Shown one piece after another: positions 25,358 through 35,424 of a DNA stretch of 64,000 bases. Under the pieces are notes generated by a model, which worked only from the letters and a program-made list of their open reading frames with translations, searched no databases and was not told the DNA's origin. Both the position numbers and the translations under genes were made by a program. Each line of letters begins with the position of its first letter. The stretch's first letter is position 1. The stretch covers positions 30,147-94,146 of the forward strand of contig JAJFGP010000062.1 in NCBI GenBank assembly GCA_021776055.1. The letters are read 5' to 3'. This stretch comes from Kiloniellaceae bacterium (GTDB lineage Bacteria; Pseudomonadota; Alphaproteobacteria; Kiloniellales; J153).

Positions 25358-26322
25358 CAGAAGTACCCGGCCTTCTTGCGCTCTTCCATCGAGGAGTCGG
25401 ATGTCTGGTCATCGAGACGGGTGGCGCCTCGCTCGCTCAGGCGGGCCGCCAGTGTCTCGGCGACGACCGCTTGGGCATCGGTGCCCTGAGATTCCACTGG
25501 CACTGTCGTGGTCATGTCGCCCACCGTGCGAAACCGCACGAACCGCTCTTCAACTTGTTCGTTGGCATCGAGCTGTGTCATCCCATTGATCGGCACTAGG
25601 ATGTCGCCCCGCACAGCGACACGGCGCGGATGCGCATAGTAAAGCGACGGCAGTTCGAGGTTCTCTCGGGCGATGTATTGCCAGACGTCGAGTTCAGTCC
25701 AATTGCTGATGGGAAACACACGCATGTTCTCACCCGTATCCAGGCGCGCATTGTAAAGACTCCACAACTCCGGCCGCTGGCGGCGAGGATCCCATTGGCC
25801 GAAGGTGTCGCGCACGGAGAAGATGCGCTCCTTGGCGCGGGTTTTTTCCTCGTCTCGCCGCGCGCCGCCAATGCAGGCGTCGAATGTAAACTCAGCGATC
25901 GCATCCAGCAGCGTTACGGTCTGTAGGGCGTTGCGACTTTGGTTCCCGTTCTTGAGCTTTGCGCGGCCCCGGTCGATGGGGTCCTGTACCGAGCGCACGA
26001 TTAGCCGTTCACCAAGGCGCCCCGCGGTGCGGTCTCGAAAGGCGATGACCTCGGGGAAGTTGTGGCCGGTGTCGACGTGCAGCAACGGGAATGGGAATGT
26101 GCCGGGCCGGAATGCTTTTTCGGCGAGGCGCAGAAGCACGGTCGAATCCTTGCCACCGGAGAACAGCAGCACCGGGTTCGCGCACTCAGCCGCCACTTCG
26201 CGCAAGATATGGATAGCCTCGCTCTCCAGATCGTCGAGGTGGCGCCAGGACGTAGCACTGTCGCGCGCCGCGCTCTGCACGGCTGCGGAGCGTCCGTCGA
26301 GTAGATGTTCGGCGCTATTCAT
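25357..26322 (-). CDS. cysD: sulfate adenylyltransferase subunit 2
   Basis: PP-loop LLFSGGKDSTVLL. Start trimmed to ATG 26322, which overlaps the cysH stop (ATGA). Confidence 0.9.
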   Translation of the reverse strand: MNSAEHLLDGRSAAVQSAARDSATSWRHLDDLESEAIHILREVAAECANPVLLFSGGKDSTVLLRLAEKAFRPGTFPFPLLHVDTGHNFPEVIAFRDRTAGRLGERLIVRSVQDPIDRGRAKLKNGNQSRNALQTVTLLDAIAEFTFDACIGGARRDEEKTRAKERIFSVRDTFGQWDPRRQRPELWSLYNARLDTGENMRVFPISNWTELDVWQYIARENLELPSLYYAHPRRVAVRGDILVPINGMTQLDANEQVEERFVRFRTVGDMTTTVPVESQGTDAQAVVAETLAARLSERGATRLDDQTSDSSMEERKKAGYF

Positions 26323-27020
26323 GACGTTTCTTCTCTGCGGAGATGCAATCCGCATTCCTTGTGTTCGGGTTCTTCCCACCACCAGCGGCCGGCGCGCTCG
26401 TCTTCGTCCGGCTTGATTGCGCGGGTGCAGGACGCGCAGCCGATGCTGGCGTAGCCGGCATCGTGGAGCGTATTAGTGGGGACGGAATAACGGCGGATAT
26501 ACGCCCAGATTTCTGGCCCCGACCAATCGGCGAGGGGATTGAATTTCGCCAACCCGTTGTCCGCATCCCATTCCTCGAACCGTAGATCGCGGCGGATCGG
26601 CGATTGCCCGCGGCGCTGCCCGGTTATCCAGGCACACTTGCCTGCGAGCGCCCGTTTGAGCGGCTTTACCTTGCGGATATAGCAGCACTCTCGGCGCCGG
26701 AGTACGCTTTCGTAGAAGGCGTTCGGCCCGTGCATGCCGGCGAACGTCTCCACGTCCGCGGTCGCAGGTGCGAACACCGTCAGCGGCACCCGGTAACGCT
26801 GGCGCGTCTGCTGCATCAGGCGGTACGTCTCCTCCGGCAGGCGGCCGGTATCGAGGGTAAATATCCCGATGGTAAGGCCGTGACGATCAATGAGGTCAGT
26901 CAGCAGCATGTCCTCGACGCCAAAACTGCTCGCAAGCGCCGCGGGGGCGTGTTCCCGCGCGATGGTCCGCAACCGTTCAAGGACGCCAAGTTCTTTGTTG
27001 TGTGGGTCGATCGCGTTCAT
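26319..27020 (-). CDS. cysH: assimilatory APS/PAPS reductase (thioredoxin-dependent, Fe-S type)
   Basis: ECCYIRKVKPL, CASCT and the C-terminal KECGLH motif. Confidence 0.9.
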   Translation of the reverse strand: MNAIDPHNKELGVLERLRTIAREHAPAALASSFGVEDMLLTDLIDRHGLTIGIFTLDTGRLPEETYRLMQQTRQRYRVPLTVFAPATADVETFAGMHGPNAFYESVLRRRECCYIRKVKPLKRALAGKCAWITGQRRGQSPIRRDLRFEEWDADNGLAKFNPLADWSGPEIWAYIRRYSVPTNTLHDAGYASIGCASCTRAIKPDEDERAGRWWWEEPEHKECGLHLRREETS

Positions 27021-27093
27021 CGGTCTCTGCTGGTTTTCGTTTGATCTTGCCGCTCCACCGGCGCGGCTGTTTTATCGATAAGCAGTGGGGAGA

Positions 27094-27615
27094 TTAGCCG
27101 CAGGTTCCGTTCAGAAACGCGTTCGCGGTGTCGGTGCGGATCATCGCCGCGGAGCGCCGCCAGTCTGCTGCGGTCTGGTAGACGGCCTCGATTTCGTCGA
27201 ACGCCGAAATCGCCTTTTCCGCCGCCGTTTCGTCGGCGAACTCGAAGGCGTCGAAACCACAGCGCCGCATGAATTGCAGTTGATCGCGTAGTATGTCGCC
27301 AACGGCGCGTAACTCACCGGTGTAGTGGTGGCGCTCGCGCAGCAACCGCACCGTCGAATAAGGGCGGCCGTCCTTGAACGTCGGAAATTCCAGCGCCACA
27401 ACATCGAAACGCGGCAAATCGTCGGCGATGGCCTCGGCGCTTTCGTCGCTCTTCAGGCGAATGCCGAGCGGGGCGTTGCGCCCGACCAGCACGGACCGTT
27501 CGGCCTGCCAGCGCGCCAACGAGACGATCACCCCGCCGTCGGCGGGTATCGCTGCTTCGTCGCCGACATACTGCCAGGTATCGGCGACGATCTGCTTGTT
27601 CTTAATGAGCGGCAT
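27094..27615 (-). CDS. DUF934 protein (sulfite-reduction-associated)
   Basis: MPLIKNKQIVADTWQYV... It lies between cysI and cysH, as is typical in alphaproteobacteria. Start trimmed from 27861 to ATG 27615, overlapping the cysI stop by 14 nt. Confidence 0.7.
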   Translation of the reverse strand: MPLIKNKQIVADTWQYVGDEAAIPADGGVIVSLARWQAERSVLVGRNAPLGIRLKSDESAEAIADDLPRFDVVALEFPTFKDGRPYSTVRLLRERHHYTGELRAVGDILRDQLQFMRRCGFDAFEFADETAAEKAISAFDEIEAVYQTAADWRRSAAMIRTDTANAFLNGTCG

Positions 27616-29257
27616 AGAGGGTCTCCTTGAAGGGATCGTTGCCGACGCGGCGATAGGTGTCGAGGAAGCTTTCGCCGTCGGCCCGCAGACCGATATAGGT
27701 GTTGGTGATGGTCTCAATCGCGCTGCCAACCTTGTCATAAGGCACCGCCGGTCCAACGATCTTGCCAAGGTTAGTGTTCTCGTCGGCGCTGCCACCGAGC
27801 GTGATTTGGTAATACTCCTCGCCTTTGCGGTCGACACCAAGCAATCCAATGTGGCCGACATGGTGATGGCCGCAGGCGTTGATGCAGCCGGAAATTTTCA
27901 CCTTCAGCTCACCGATGTCGTGTTGTCGCCTGAGATCGGCGAACCGCTTGCTGATGTCCTGGGCCAACGGGATCGAGCGGGCATTGGCGAGGCTGCAATA
28001 ATCCATCCCCGGACAGGCGATAATATCGCTGATCAGTCCGAGGTTCGGCGTCGCCAGATCGTGGCTCTTGAGCGTCTGCCAGACGCCGTAAAGATCGGCC
28101 TGACGGACATGCGGCAGCACCAGATTCTGCTCGTGCGTCACCCGGATTTCACCGAAGCTGAAGCGCTCGGCGATCGCCGCGATGGCATTCATCTGTTCCG
28201 TTGTCGCATCGCCCGGAATGCCGCCCTCGGGCTTCAGCGAGATATTGGCAATCGCATATCCCAGCTGCTTGTGCGGCGCGACATTGGTGCGAGCCCATTG
28301 CGCAAATTCGCGATCCTCAAGCCGGTAGCGGGCGAATTCGCCGTCGTTGTTCGGCAGGGCTTCGAAGCGCGGGGGCGCGAAGAAGGTCGCGATGCGGTCG
28401 TGCTCACCCGCCGGCAGGTCGACCGCACTGTCACGGATCGCTTCCCACTCGGCCTCGACACGGCGGATGAATTCCTCGGCGCCCAGCGCGTGGACGAGTA
28501 TCTTGATGCGCGCCTTGTACATGTTGTCGCGCCGGCCGGCCTGGTTGTAAACGCGCAGGATTGCTTCGAGATACGACAGCAGGTGACGTTTCGGCAAGAA
28601 GTCGCGCACCGTAGCGCCGATCATCGGCGTACGCCCGAGACCACCGCCGACAATTACCTGGTAGCCTATCGCGCCCGCCTCGTCGCGCTTGACGACCAAG
28701 CCGATATCGTGGACGCGCACTGCTGCGCGATCGCGTGACGATCCGGTGACAGCGATCTTAAACTTGCGCGGTAGGAACGAGAATTCTGGGTGCAACGTCG
28801 ACCATTGGCGCACGACTTCCGCGGTGATGCGCGGGTCGGCGACTTCGTCGGCTGCGGCACCGGCATACTGGTCGGCGGTGACATTGCGAATGCAGTTGCC
28901 GCTGGTTTGCAGCGCGTGCATCTGAACGTCGGCCAACTCGGCCAGGATGTCCGGCGTTTCCTCCAACTTGGGCCAGTTGAATTGCAGATTCTGGCGCGTC
29001 GTGAAGTGGCCGTAACCCTTGTCGTAACGTTGCGCGATATGCGCCAGCTTGCGCATCTGATGCGATGACAGGGTGCCGTAAGGGATGGCCACGCGCAGCA
29101 TATAGGCATGCAACTGGAGATATAGGCCGTTCATCAGCCGCAACGGTTTAAACTCGTCCTCGCTTAATTCGCCCGCCATGCGGCGGCGCACCTGGCCGCG
29201 GAACTGTTCGACGCGCTGATCCACCAGCGATTGGTCGATGGTGTCATAGAGATACAT
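27602..29257 (-). CDS. cysI: sulfite reductase hemoprotein (siroheme/4Fe-4S)
   Basis: 551 aa of the nitrite/sulfite reductase family. CPGMDYCSLA and KISGCINACGHHH cluster motifs. Confidence 0.9.
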   Translation of the reverse strand: MYLYDTIDQSLVDQRVEQFRGQVRRRMAGELSEDEFKPLRLMNGLYLQLHAYMLRVAIPYGTLSSHQMRKLAHIAQRYDKGYGHFTTRQNLQFNWPKLEETPDILAELADVQMHALQTSGNCIRNVTADQYAGAAADEVADPRITAEVVRQWSTLHPEFSFLPRKFKIAVTGSSRDRAAVRVHDIGLVVKRDEAGAIGYQVIVGGGLGRTPMIGATVRDFLPKRHLLSYLEAILRVYNQAGRRDNMYKARIKILVHALGAEEFIRRVEAEWEAIRDSAVDLPAGEHDRIATFFAPPRFEALPNNDGEFARYRLEDREFAQWARTNVAPHKQLGYAIANISLKPEGGIPGDATTEQMNAIAAIAERFSFGEIRVTHEQNLVLPHVRQADLYGVWQTLKSHDLATPNLGLISDIIACPGMDYCSLANARSIPLAQDISKRFADLRRQHDIGELKVKISGCINACGHHHVGHIGLLGVDRKGEEYYQITLGGSADENTNLGKIVGPAVPYDKVGSAIETITNTYIGLRADGESFLDTYRRVGNDPFKETLYAAH

Positions 29258-29286
29258 CTGGTTGCTCCTGTCGCGCGCGGGCCGAC

Positions 29287-29583
29287 TTAAAGTTCGGCCT
29301 GTTTGCCGATATCGAGGCGTACCGTCGGGCCCTTGGCGCGGATCAGTTCGCGATACCGCGTCGGCCGGCGTTCGCCGCTGCTCTCGTCGATGTCGATGAG
29401 GTAAGGTTCGACGATAATGCGCGCCTCCTCGGCGACGCGCGCCGCCGCCATCGCCACCTCGCCGACCTCCTTACCGGTAACGGCTTGCGCGTCGGCGATA
29501 CGCTCGGACCAGCCACCGCCACCGGTCATATAGACGACCAGGCCATCAACCAGCCGGTTCGCTGAGATTACTTGCATAGCCAT
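29287..29583 (-). CDS. DUF2849 protein
   Basis: MAMQVISANRLVDGLVVYMTGGGGW... It lies between cysG and cysI. GGGAGA RBS. Start trimmed from 29661. Confidence 0.65.
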   Translation of the reverse strand: MAMQVISANRLVDGLVVYMTGGGGWSERIADAQAVTGKEVGEVAMAAARVAEEARIIVEPYLIDIDESSGERRPTRYRELIRAKGPTVRLDIGKQAEL

Positions 29584-29596
29584 TCGAGTCTCCCGA

Positions 29597-31015
29597 TCAT
29601 GCGTATGCTTGCGTATGGGCATCGGCGCCCGGCACCGATTCCTTGGCCAGCGCTGCGGCATCGCCGATGACGATAAGGGCCGGCCCGACGATATCGCGTT
29701 CGGCCACAGTCGCGCCCAGCGTCGCCAGGGTGCCCCGGGCGACGATCTGTTCTGGCCGGGTACCGTTCTCGATCACGGCAACCGGCGTCGCCGGCCGCAT
29801 CCCGTGCGTCACGAGCCGCTCGCCGATGATATCCGCCGTTGCGACGCCCATGTAGATCACCAAGGTGTGCCGGGTGGCGGCGAGGCCTGCCCAATCGGGC
29901 TCCGCCGCGCCGTCGCGCATGTGGCCCGTTACGAAGGTGACGCCCGAGGCATAATCGCGATGGGTCAGCGGCAGACCCGCCGCCGCCGCACAGCCGGTCG
30001 CCGCGGTGATGCCGGGGATAATCTCAACGGCGATGCCGGCGGCTTGCAGATAGGCCATTTCCTCGCCGCCACGGCCGAACACGAACGGATCGCCGCCCTT
30101 CAGGCGCGCCACACGATGGCCGGCGCGGGCCCGCGCCACCAGCAGTGCGTTGATCTCCTCCTGGCTCATGGCATGGTTGCCGCGCGCCTTGCCGACATAG
30201 AGTCGCTCGGCATCGCGGCGGACGTAATCGAGTATCTGGTCGCCGATCAGCCGGTCGTAGACAACCACGTCGGCATCCTGCATTGCCCGCAGTGCCCGCA
30301 GCGTTAGAAGGTCGGGGTCGCCCGGGCCCACGCCGACGAGGGCAACCGACCCTGCGGACGATGGAGCGGTCTCGCCATTGACCAGGCGCAGCATGGCGTT
30401 GGTGGCCTGGTGCTCGCGGCCGTCGAGGACGAGCCGTGCCACCGGGCCATCGAAGAAGGATTCCCAGAACCGGCGGCGGCGTCTGCTATCGGGCTGTGTG
30501 CCCGCAACGGCGCTACGAAATCGCTGCGCGAATTGCGCAAGTTGCCCAAGGCGCGATGGCAACAAGGCTTCGATCTGTTCGCGCAACCGCCGCACGAGCG
30601 CCGGCGCGGCACCGGCGCTGCCGATCGCGACGAGGATCGGGTCGCGGTCGACGATCCCGGGAAACACAACGGTCGAGAGATCCGGCCGGTCGACGACATT
30701 GATCGGGACGTTCGCCTGCCGGGCGGCCGCGGCATAGGCTTTGGCCGTGCCGCTATCGGCGTCCGCGACGACAATCAGAGCGAAGGCGGCAAGCCCGCGC
30801 CATGAAAGATCCGGCGCTCCATCAGCGCCCTGCGCGACGCGCACCTTGCCGTCGCGGGCAAGCGCCCGAATCTCCGCGTTGACGGCACTGGCGACAACCG
30901 TTGGCCGGGCGCCCGCGCGCAACAACAGCCGTAACTTGCGTGCCGCATTTTCCCCGCCGCCGTTGACCAGGCATTCGCGCCCCTCAAGGTCGGCGAACAA
31001 GGGTAGATATCTCAT
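29597..31015 (-). CDS. cysG: siroheme synthase (precorrin-2 dehydrogenase/ferrochelatase + uroporphyrinogen-III methyltransferase)
   Basis: N-terminus MRYLPLFADLEGRECLVNGGGENAARK. SUMT motif VALVGVGPGDPDLLTLRA. Confidence 0.9.
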   Translation of the reverse strand: MRYLPLFADLEGRECLVNGGGENAARKLRLLLRAGARPTVVASAVNAEIRALARDGKVRVAQGADGAPDLSWRGLAAFALIVVADADSGTAKAYAAAARQANVPINVVDRPDLSTVVFPGIVDRDPILVAIGSAGAAPALVRRLREQIEALLPSRLGQLAQFAQRFRSAVAGTQPDSRRRRRFWESFFDGPVARLVLDGREHQATNAMLRLVNGETAPSSAGSVALVGVGPGDPDLLTLRALRAMQDADVVVYDRLIGDQILDYVRRDAERLYVGKARGNHAMSQEEINALLVARARAGHRVARLKGGDPFVFGRGGEEMAYLQAAGIAVEIIPGITAATGCAAAAGLPLTHRDYASGVTFVTGHMRDGAAEPDWAGLAATRHTLVIYMGVATADIIGERLVTHGMRPATPVAVIENGTRPEQIVARGTLATLGATVAERDIVGPALIVIGDAAALAKESVPGADAHTQAYA

Positions 31016-31183
31016 ATTACTGCCTTCTCTGTGCCCCTGCTACAACCGGACGGAGCAAAGTATTTCGATGACAGATTTAGAAAGATATTTCTCTATTGAC
31101 AATATGATCCATGAAATTAGAACAGTTCATTCCATAATACCGACCGTCAGAGAGAATTTTGTCGTAGAAGAGGAATTTCGCGA

Positions 31184-31633
31184 ATGGATGATACGGACCG
31201 GCGGATACTGAGAATCCTGCAAGAGGACAGCAGTCAGTCGACCTCCGATGTGGCGCGCCGGGTCGGCCTGTCGGCCTCGCCTTGCTGGAAGCGGATAAAG
31301 CGGATGCAGGACGACGGACTCATTAAGCGCCAGACCGCTGTGCTCGATGCCGGCCGTCTTGGTTTTGGCCTAACCGTCTTTGTCAGCATCAGGACCGGGG
31401 AACATTCGAAGCTCTGGCTGGAAGAGTTTTCCGAGAGGATAACGGCAATGCCGGAAGTGATGGAATTTCACCGTATGGCGGGTGAGGTGGATTATATGCT
31501 CAAGGTCATCGCGCAGGACATGGAATCGTTCGATGAGTTCTACAAACGCCTTACCGGCATCACGGCACTAACCGAGGTCACATCGCGCTTCTCGATGGAG
31601 ACGATCAAGGAAACGACAGCACTGCCGATTTGA
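31184..31633 (+). CDS. Lrp/AsnC-family transcriptional regulator
   Basis: MDDTDRRILRILQEDSSQSTSDVARRVGLSASPCWKRIKRMQDDGLI plus a RAM-domain length. Confidence 0.9.
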   Translation: MDDTDRRILRILQEDSSQSTSDVARRVGLSASPCWKRIKRMQDDGLIKRQTAVLDAGRLGFGLTVFVSIRTGEHSKLWLEEFSERITAMPEVMEFHRMAGEVDYMLKVIAQDMESFDEFYKRLTGITALTEVTSRFSMETIKETTALPI

Positions 31634-31665
31634 GGACATCCTCTGGTTGGCGGCGATTTTGTTAC

Positions 31666-34600
31666 TTATTCGACGCCGTAAAGTTGCTTTACGAGCACAT
31701 CAACTTCGGCTTCAAGTTTCTCTTGGGCTTCCCTGTCTGCATGTGAATCGGCGCCCTGCGCCAATATTTTCCGGACCTTTTCCGCGATGGCGGCATAGAT
31801 AGGCGAGCTATCCGGCGTAATTGATGGGATGGGGATTCTTTCTACGCCGTGCGGTCTGTAGCGCACCCCCGCCCAAAGTTCAGGATTCGTGGTGCGCATA
31901 TAAGTTTCTACGGAAGAACTGTTGAGCAATCCCAGAAGCGAGGGTAGTGAAATTGCGTTGTCTTCAACAACCACCGCCAGGTTCCCGCCTCCCGGAGCGA
32001 ATATCAGCCCTCCGTCGTCTTCCATTGCGAATTGTGGTTTGCCGGGCCGCCATGCGGTCAGCAGTTTTGGCTTCGATACAAGCTCTGAGGATCCAGCGCG
32101 AAGGAACCGATACCAAGGAGAACGGTTTTCCATCTTTCTCGCATTAAGTTTGAACTTATTCTTGCTCAAATATGCGTAAGCGAGTGGTGCTGACGTCTTA
32201 AGGGTGGCTTCTTCAATCGGATCAAAAGAAGCAGAGTATGGCCAGATCAGCCAGGATGATGATGTAACCGCTTTATACCGACGAATGTCACCCGTGCCCA
32301 CCATTGGCCGGAGCATTTTGCGCTCGATCCAATGTGTCTCTCCGGTTTCCCTGGAGCTGACCAGAACTTTTGCGCCGTCTCTGCGAATAACTTTGACGAC
32401 GAAGACACCATCCGCCCCCGTGGTGATACCCCCGAAGGCATTCGCCATATCGCCAAGCCGTAGAGGTTGACGTTCCATGGCCTCGAAAACGGCTTTATCC
32501 TCCGGCAGAGGAAAGGCCCATAGCTCTCCTTTCAGTTTGGACATTGGAAAGTACTGAAAGGCCAAATTCGGCATGGCCTCTAGAACTTTTTTTGTTGGAG
32601 CCGGGTTACTGGCGGCTAATATCCGAGCATGCCGAAAGGAGCGCTGCTTGTCCTTCCGCAGAAGGGTGATCGCCGTGGCCGGTCCGGCGTCTTCAAAGGT
32701 CTTCGCGACACCGAAATCCACAAGCTCCTTTAGACATCCGCACTCGGAGATCAACTGGCGCAGCCCCGCGCCGGACTCGTTCCAGACGAACCCGTTTGAC
32801 GTAATGAAGCCGAGTGAGCCGCCCTTGTTCAAGAGTGACAACCCCCTTTCCATGAAGGCGTAGGAGAGGTCTGGGCGGCCGTTGCCCATGCTGGCATAGG
32901 TGTTGCGGATATAGGCGTGCTGTTCAGGAATAAACTTCTTGGCGTCGAGCAGCGAGATATAAGGCGGGTTGCCGACGATCACGTCAAAACCGCCGGCGCG
33001 GACCGTCTTCGCGACCTTGGAACTTCCTACCTGCCAGTCGAAGGCACGCACGCGGGTGCGTTCGGCGGGGTCATCGGAAAAATCATTTGCAACAAGGGCG
33101 TTACCGTTGACCACATTGCCGGTCAAGTCAGACAGTTTAAAATCATAGACCCGCGCGGGCCGGATACGGTTGGGGATTTTATAGGTGCGCTCCTGAGTGA
33201 CGAGAGGTGAACCTTCGCCTTCAAGAATCAAAATGTAGAGCCACATTTTGGTGATTTCGATAGCTTGCGGATCGACATCGACACAGAACACGGTGTTTTC
33301 GATCAGCTCCGCCTTTTTTCGGGCGGACAATTTGAACGATCCATCGAGGAGCTGGTAGGCGTCGGGGAACTCACGGTCGTGCCCGCTGATTTTATCCGGG
33401 TGCGCTGCGTAATAGTCGGTCGCGGCGGCCAGAATTCGGGCTGCCATTTGTACCGTAAACGCGCCCGCGCCGCAGGCCGGGTCGAGCACCTTGAGTTTCA
33501 TCAAATCCGTTGCGGATCTTGCCGGCGATCGCGCGGCATTCGGCACTTGCCGTTGCGTTGGTACCGTCTGGGAAGCGGAGCGCCCGGATTCTTCATCCTC
33601 GGGCTTAACCCCATAAAGCGCATAGACCAGGTCGTCTATTTGATTCTCCAGCCGGTCGATTTCGGCATGGTCCGGCTGCCCAAGGGCGTGCCCAGCAGCT
33701 TTCAAATAGGCCAGGGTTAGAGGTCCGGTTAGGGCAAGGCTATTTTTGGAGACCGGCTTGGGATACTCTTCACTATCATAAGGAAAGATAAGCCAGCTTT
33801 GAGGCGCAAGCGGTTTGTAACGCCGAACATCCCTGCCGTGAAAAATAGGTTTTAGATATCGGGTCTCGACCCAATGGGTGGTGCCCGTTGCCTTGGAGCG
33901 GATGAAAGTTTTGCCATCCTTCTCATCCAACTTCTCGACAATAAGAGCTTTATCGGCACCTGTCTCAAGACCGCTTGCTACTTTCGCGATATCTCCCAGA
34001 ACGAAATTCTGGCACATTATTGCGTCGAATAGTTTTTGCCGGGTGGGCGAGGGAAAATGCCAATCATCCGGCCCCCATTGTGCCTTCGCGCGGGAGGAAC
34101 AGGCGCGCCTCTCCCCGTGCTCCGCTTCCGCCGGCATTTGATGCCTTTCCGGCTGCCCCCGTAGTTTGGGTGTTAAGGTCTTGTCCAAAATGTAATCGAC
34201 GATCCATTGGGGCGTGTAGAAGACGCCGCCAGCCTTTCTGACTTCCGGCTTGAGGGCAAGTTCCACACCGCCGTCTGCAATTTCAAGGCGCTTGCCGAGA
34301 TAGCCTTCATAGGCCCGGCCCAGTACCTCGACCGGGATTACGTCAAATGCATAAGGCGAGGTGGGGGGATAAAGTGCATCGACAATTTCCGCTAGTGTCT
34401 TGTCGGGCACTTTGAGACCGTCGGAGAAATGCGCTCCGAACATGACACCGTTGTAGCGCCGCTCCAATCGCCCGAACTCGGCTTTCAGATAATCGAACAA
34501 TCGGCCCTTGGCCCCACGCCCGCGCCATATGTCGATGGCTTCACGCAGGCGCCCGGTGGGCTCAATGTCGCGATCCTCAAGGACGCGAGAAAAGACGATC

Positions 34601-35424
34601 TGATTGAGGATATGGTGTGTGGCCTCGTTCAGACGCTTTTCTGTTAAACGCGGATTGGCGGCGTAAAGATCACGGCCCAGATCTAACCGGAAGCGGTCGA
34701 GGTCGGCGAGAAATGCCCGGTCAACATCAATGCGCTCCAGACGGGAATCCGCATCGCCAAGAAGCGTGTGGATGCTGTCTTGCGCAACGAGGGGTTTAGC
34801 GAAGGTCTTCCAGAGCCGCGGAAAATTTTCGACGTACTCGGCATAGCTCATATGGAACTGTTCCAATTCACCGGCTTTAGGCTGGTCGATGCGCGGAAGA
34901 TTCCGTGCGTCAAACACCCTCAAGGTTTCAAAGTCGGTGAGAACTGCCAGTTCCGCCCGCGCACTCGACCAGGCGTAGCGTTTGGCCTGGAAGATGTGCT
35001 TGGGCTTGTCGATATTCTGATTGGCCGCCTTGGCTTCGACATAGAAGATCGCGCGGGCATCGAGCCGGAAGCCATAATCCGCATAGCGCATAACCGGGCC
35101 AATCCGCAGACGGGTCTCGGGGATTACGTCCTGGTCATAAAGCGGCGCTTGCGCTCGGTTGGTCACGTCCCATCCGAACGCCTCGAAGAAGCGGTCTATG
35201 AATTGGGTGCGGGTTTCCGCCTCGGAGAACGCGGTGGAGGTATAACGACCCGCGTCCGCCTTGAACTCCCGCACCAGCTCGGCGACCTCGGCCCGTGCTG
35301 CCTCGCATGTTGCCGGGCAGTCATCCGCTACTGCGGCTTGAGCGGCGGCCGGGAGCCCGGCCAACACCACAGCCAAAAAGGCCGCGTAAAGCGGCTTTCC
35401 ATATCTCCGCTTTGTCTTAGTCAT
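31666..35424 (-). CDS. type IIG restriction-modification enzyme (PD-(D/E)xK nuclease + gamma-class N6-adenine methyltransferase + TRD) with a nested partial TRD
   Basis: YADYGF..IFYVEAK nuclease motif. MTase motif X GVFYTPQWIV, motif I VLDPACGAGAF (nt 33457-33489) and motif IV NPPY (nt 32959-32970). TaqI-like C-terminal specificity domain. A ~160 aa TRD-like insert lies at nt ~33607-34077. Confidence 0.85.
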   Translation of the reverse strand: MTKTKRRYGKPLYAAFLAVVLAGLPAAAQAAVADDCPATCEAARAEVAELVREFKADAGRYTSTAFSEAETRTQFIDRFFEAFGWDVTNRAQAPLYDQDVIPETRLRIGPVMRYADYGFRLDARAIFYVEAKAANQNIDKPKHIFQAKRYAWSSARAELAVLTDFETLRVFDARNLPRIDQPKAGELEQFHMSYAEYVENFPRLWKTFAKPLVAQDSIHTLLGDADSRLERIDVDRAFLADLDRFRLDLGRDLYAANPRLTEKRLNEATHHILNQIVFSRVLEDRDIEPTGRLREAIDIWRGRGAKGRLFDYLKAEFGRLERRYNGVMFGAHFSDGLKVPDKTLAEIVDALYPPTSPYAFDVIPVEVLGRAYEGYLGKRLEIADGGVELALKPEVRKAGGVFYTPQWIVDYILDKTLTPKLRGQPERHQMPAEAEHGERRACSSRAKAQWGPDDWHFPSPTRQKLFDAIMCQNFVLGDIAKVASGLETGADKALIVEKLDEKDGKTFIRSKATGTTHWVETRYLKPIFHGRDVRRYKPLAPQSWLIFPYDSEEYPKPVSKNSLALTGPLTLAYLKAAGHALGQPDHAEIDRLENQIDDLVYALYGVKPEDEESGRSASQTVPTQRQVPNAARSPARSATDLMKLKVLDPACGAGAFTVQMAARILAAATDYYAAHPDKISGHDREFPDAYQLLDGSFKLSARKKAELIENTVFCVDVDPQAIEITKMWLYILILEGEGSPLVTQERTYKIPNRIRPARVYDFKLSDLTGNVVNGNALVANDFSDDPAERTRVRAFDWQVGSSKVAKTVRAGGFDVIVGNPPYISLLDAKKFIPEQHAYIRNTYASMGNGRPDLSYAFMERGLSLLNKGGSLGFITSNGFVWNESGAGLRQLISECGCLKELVDFGVAKTFEDAGPATAITLLRKDKQRSFRHARILAASNPAPTKKVLEAMPNLAFQYFPMSKLKGELWAFPLPEDKAVFEAMERQPLRLGDMANAFGGITTGADGVFVVKVIRRDGAKVLVSSRETGETHWIERKMLRPMVGTGDIRRYKAVTSSSWLIWPYSASFDPIEEATLKTSAPLAYAYLSKNKFKLNARKMENRSPWYRFLRAGSSELVSKPKLLTAWRPGKPQFAMEDDGGLIFAPGGGNLAVVVEDNAISLPSLLGLLNSSSVETYMRTTNPELWAGVRYRPHGVERIPIPSITPDSSPIYAAIAEKVRKILAQGADSHADREAQEKLEAEVDVLVKQLYGVE

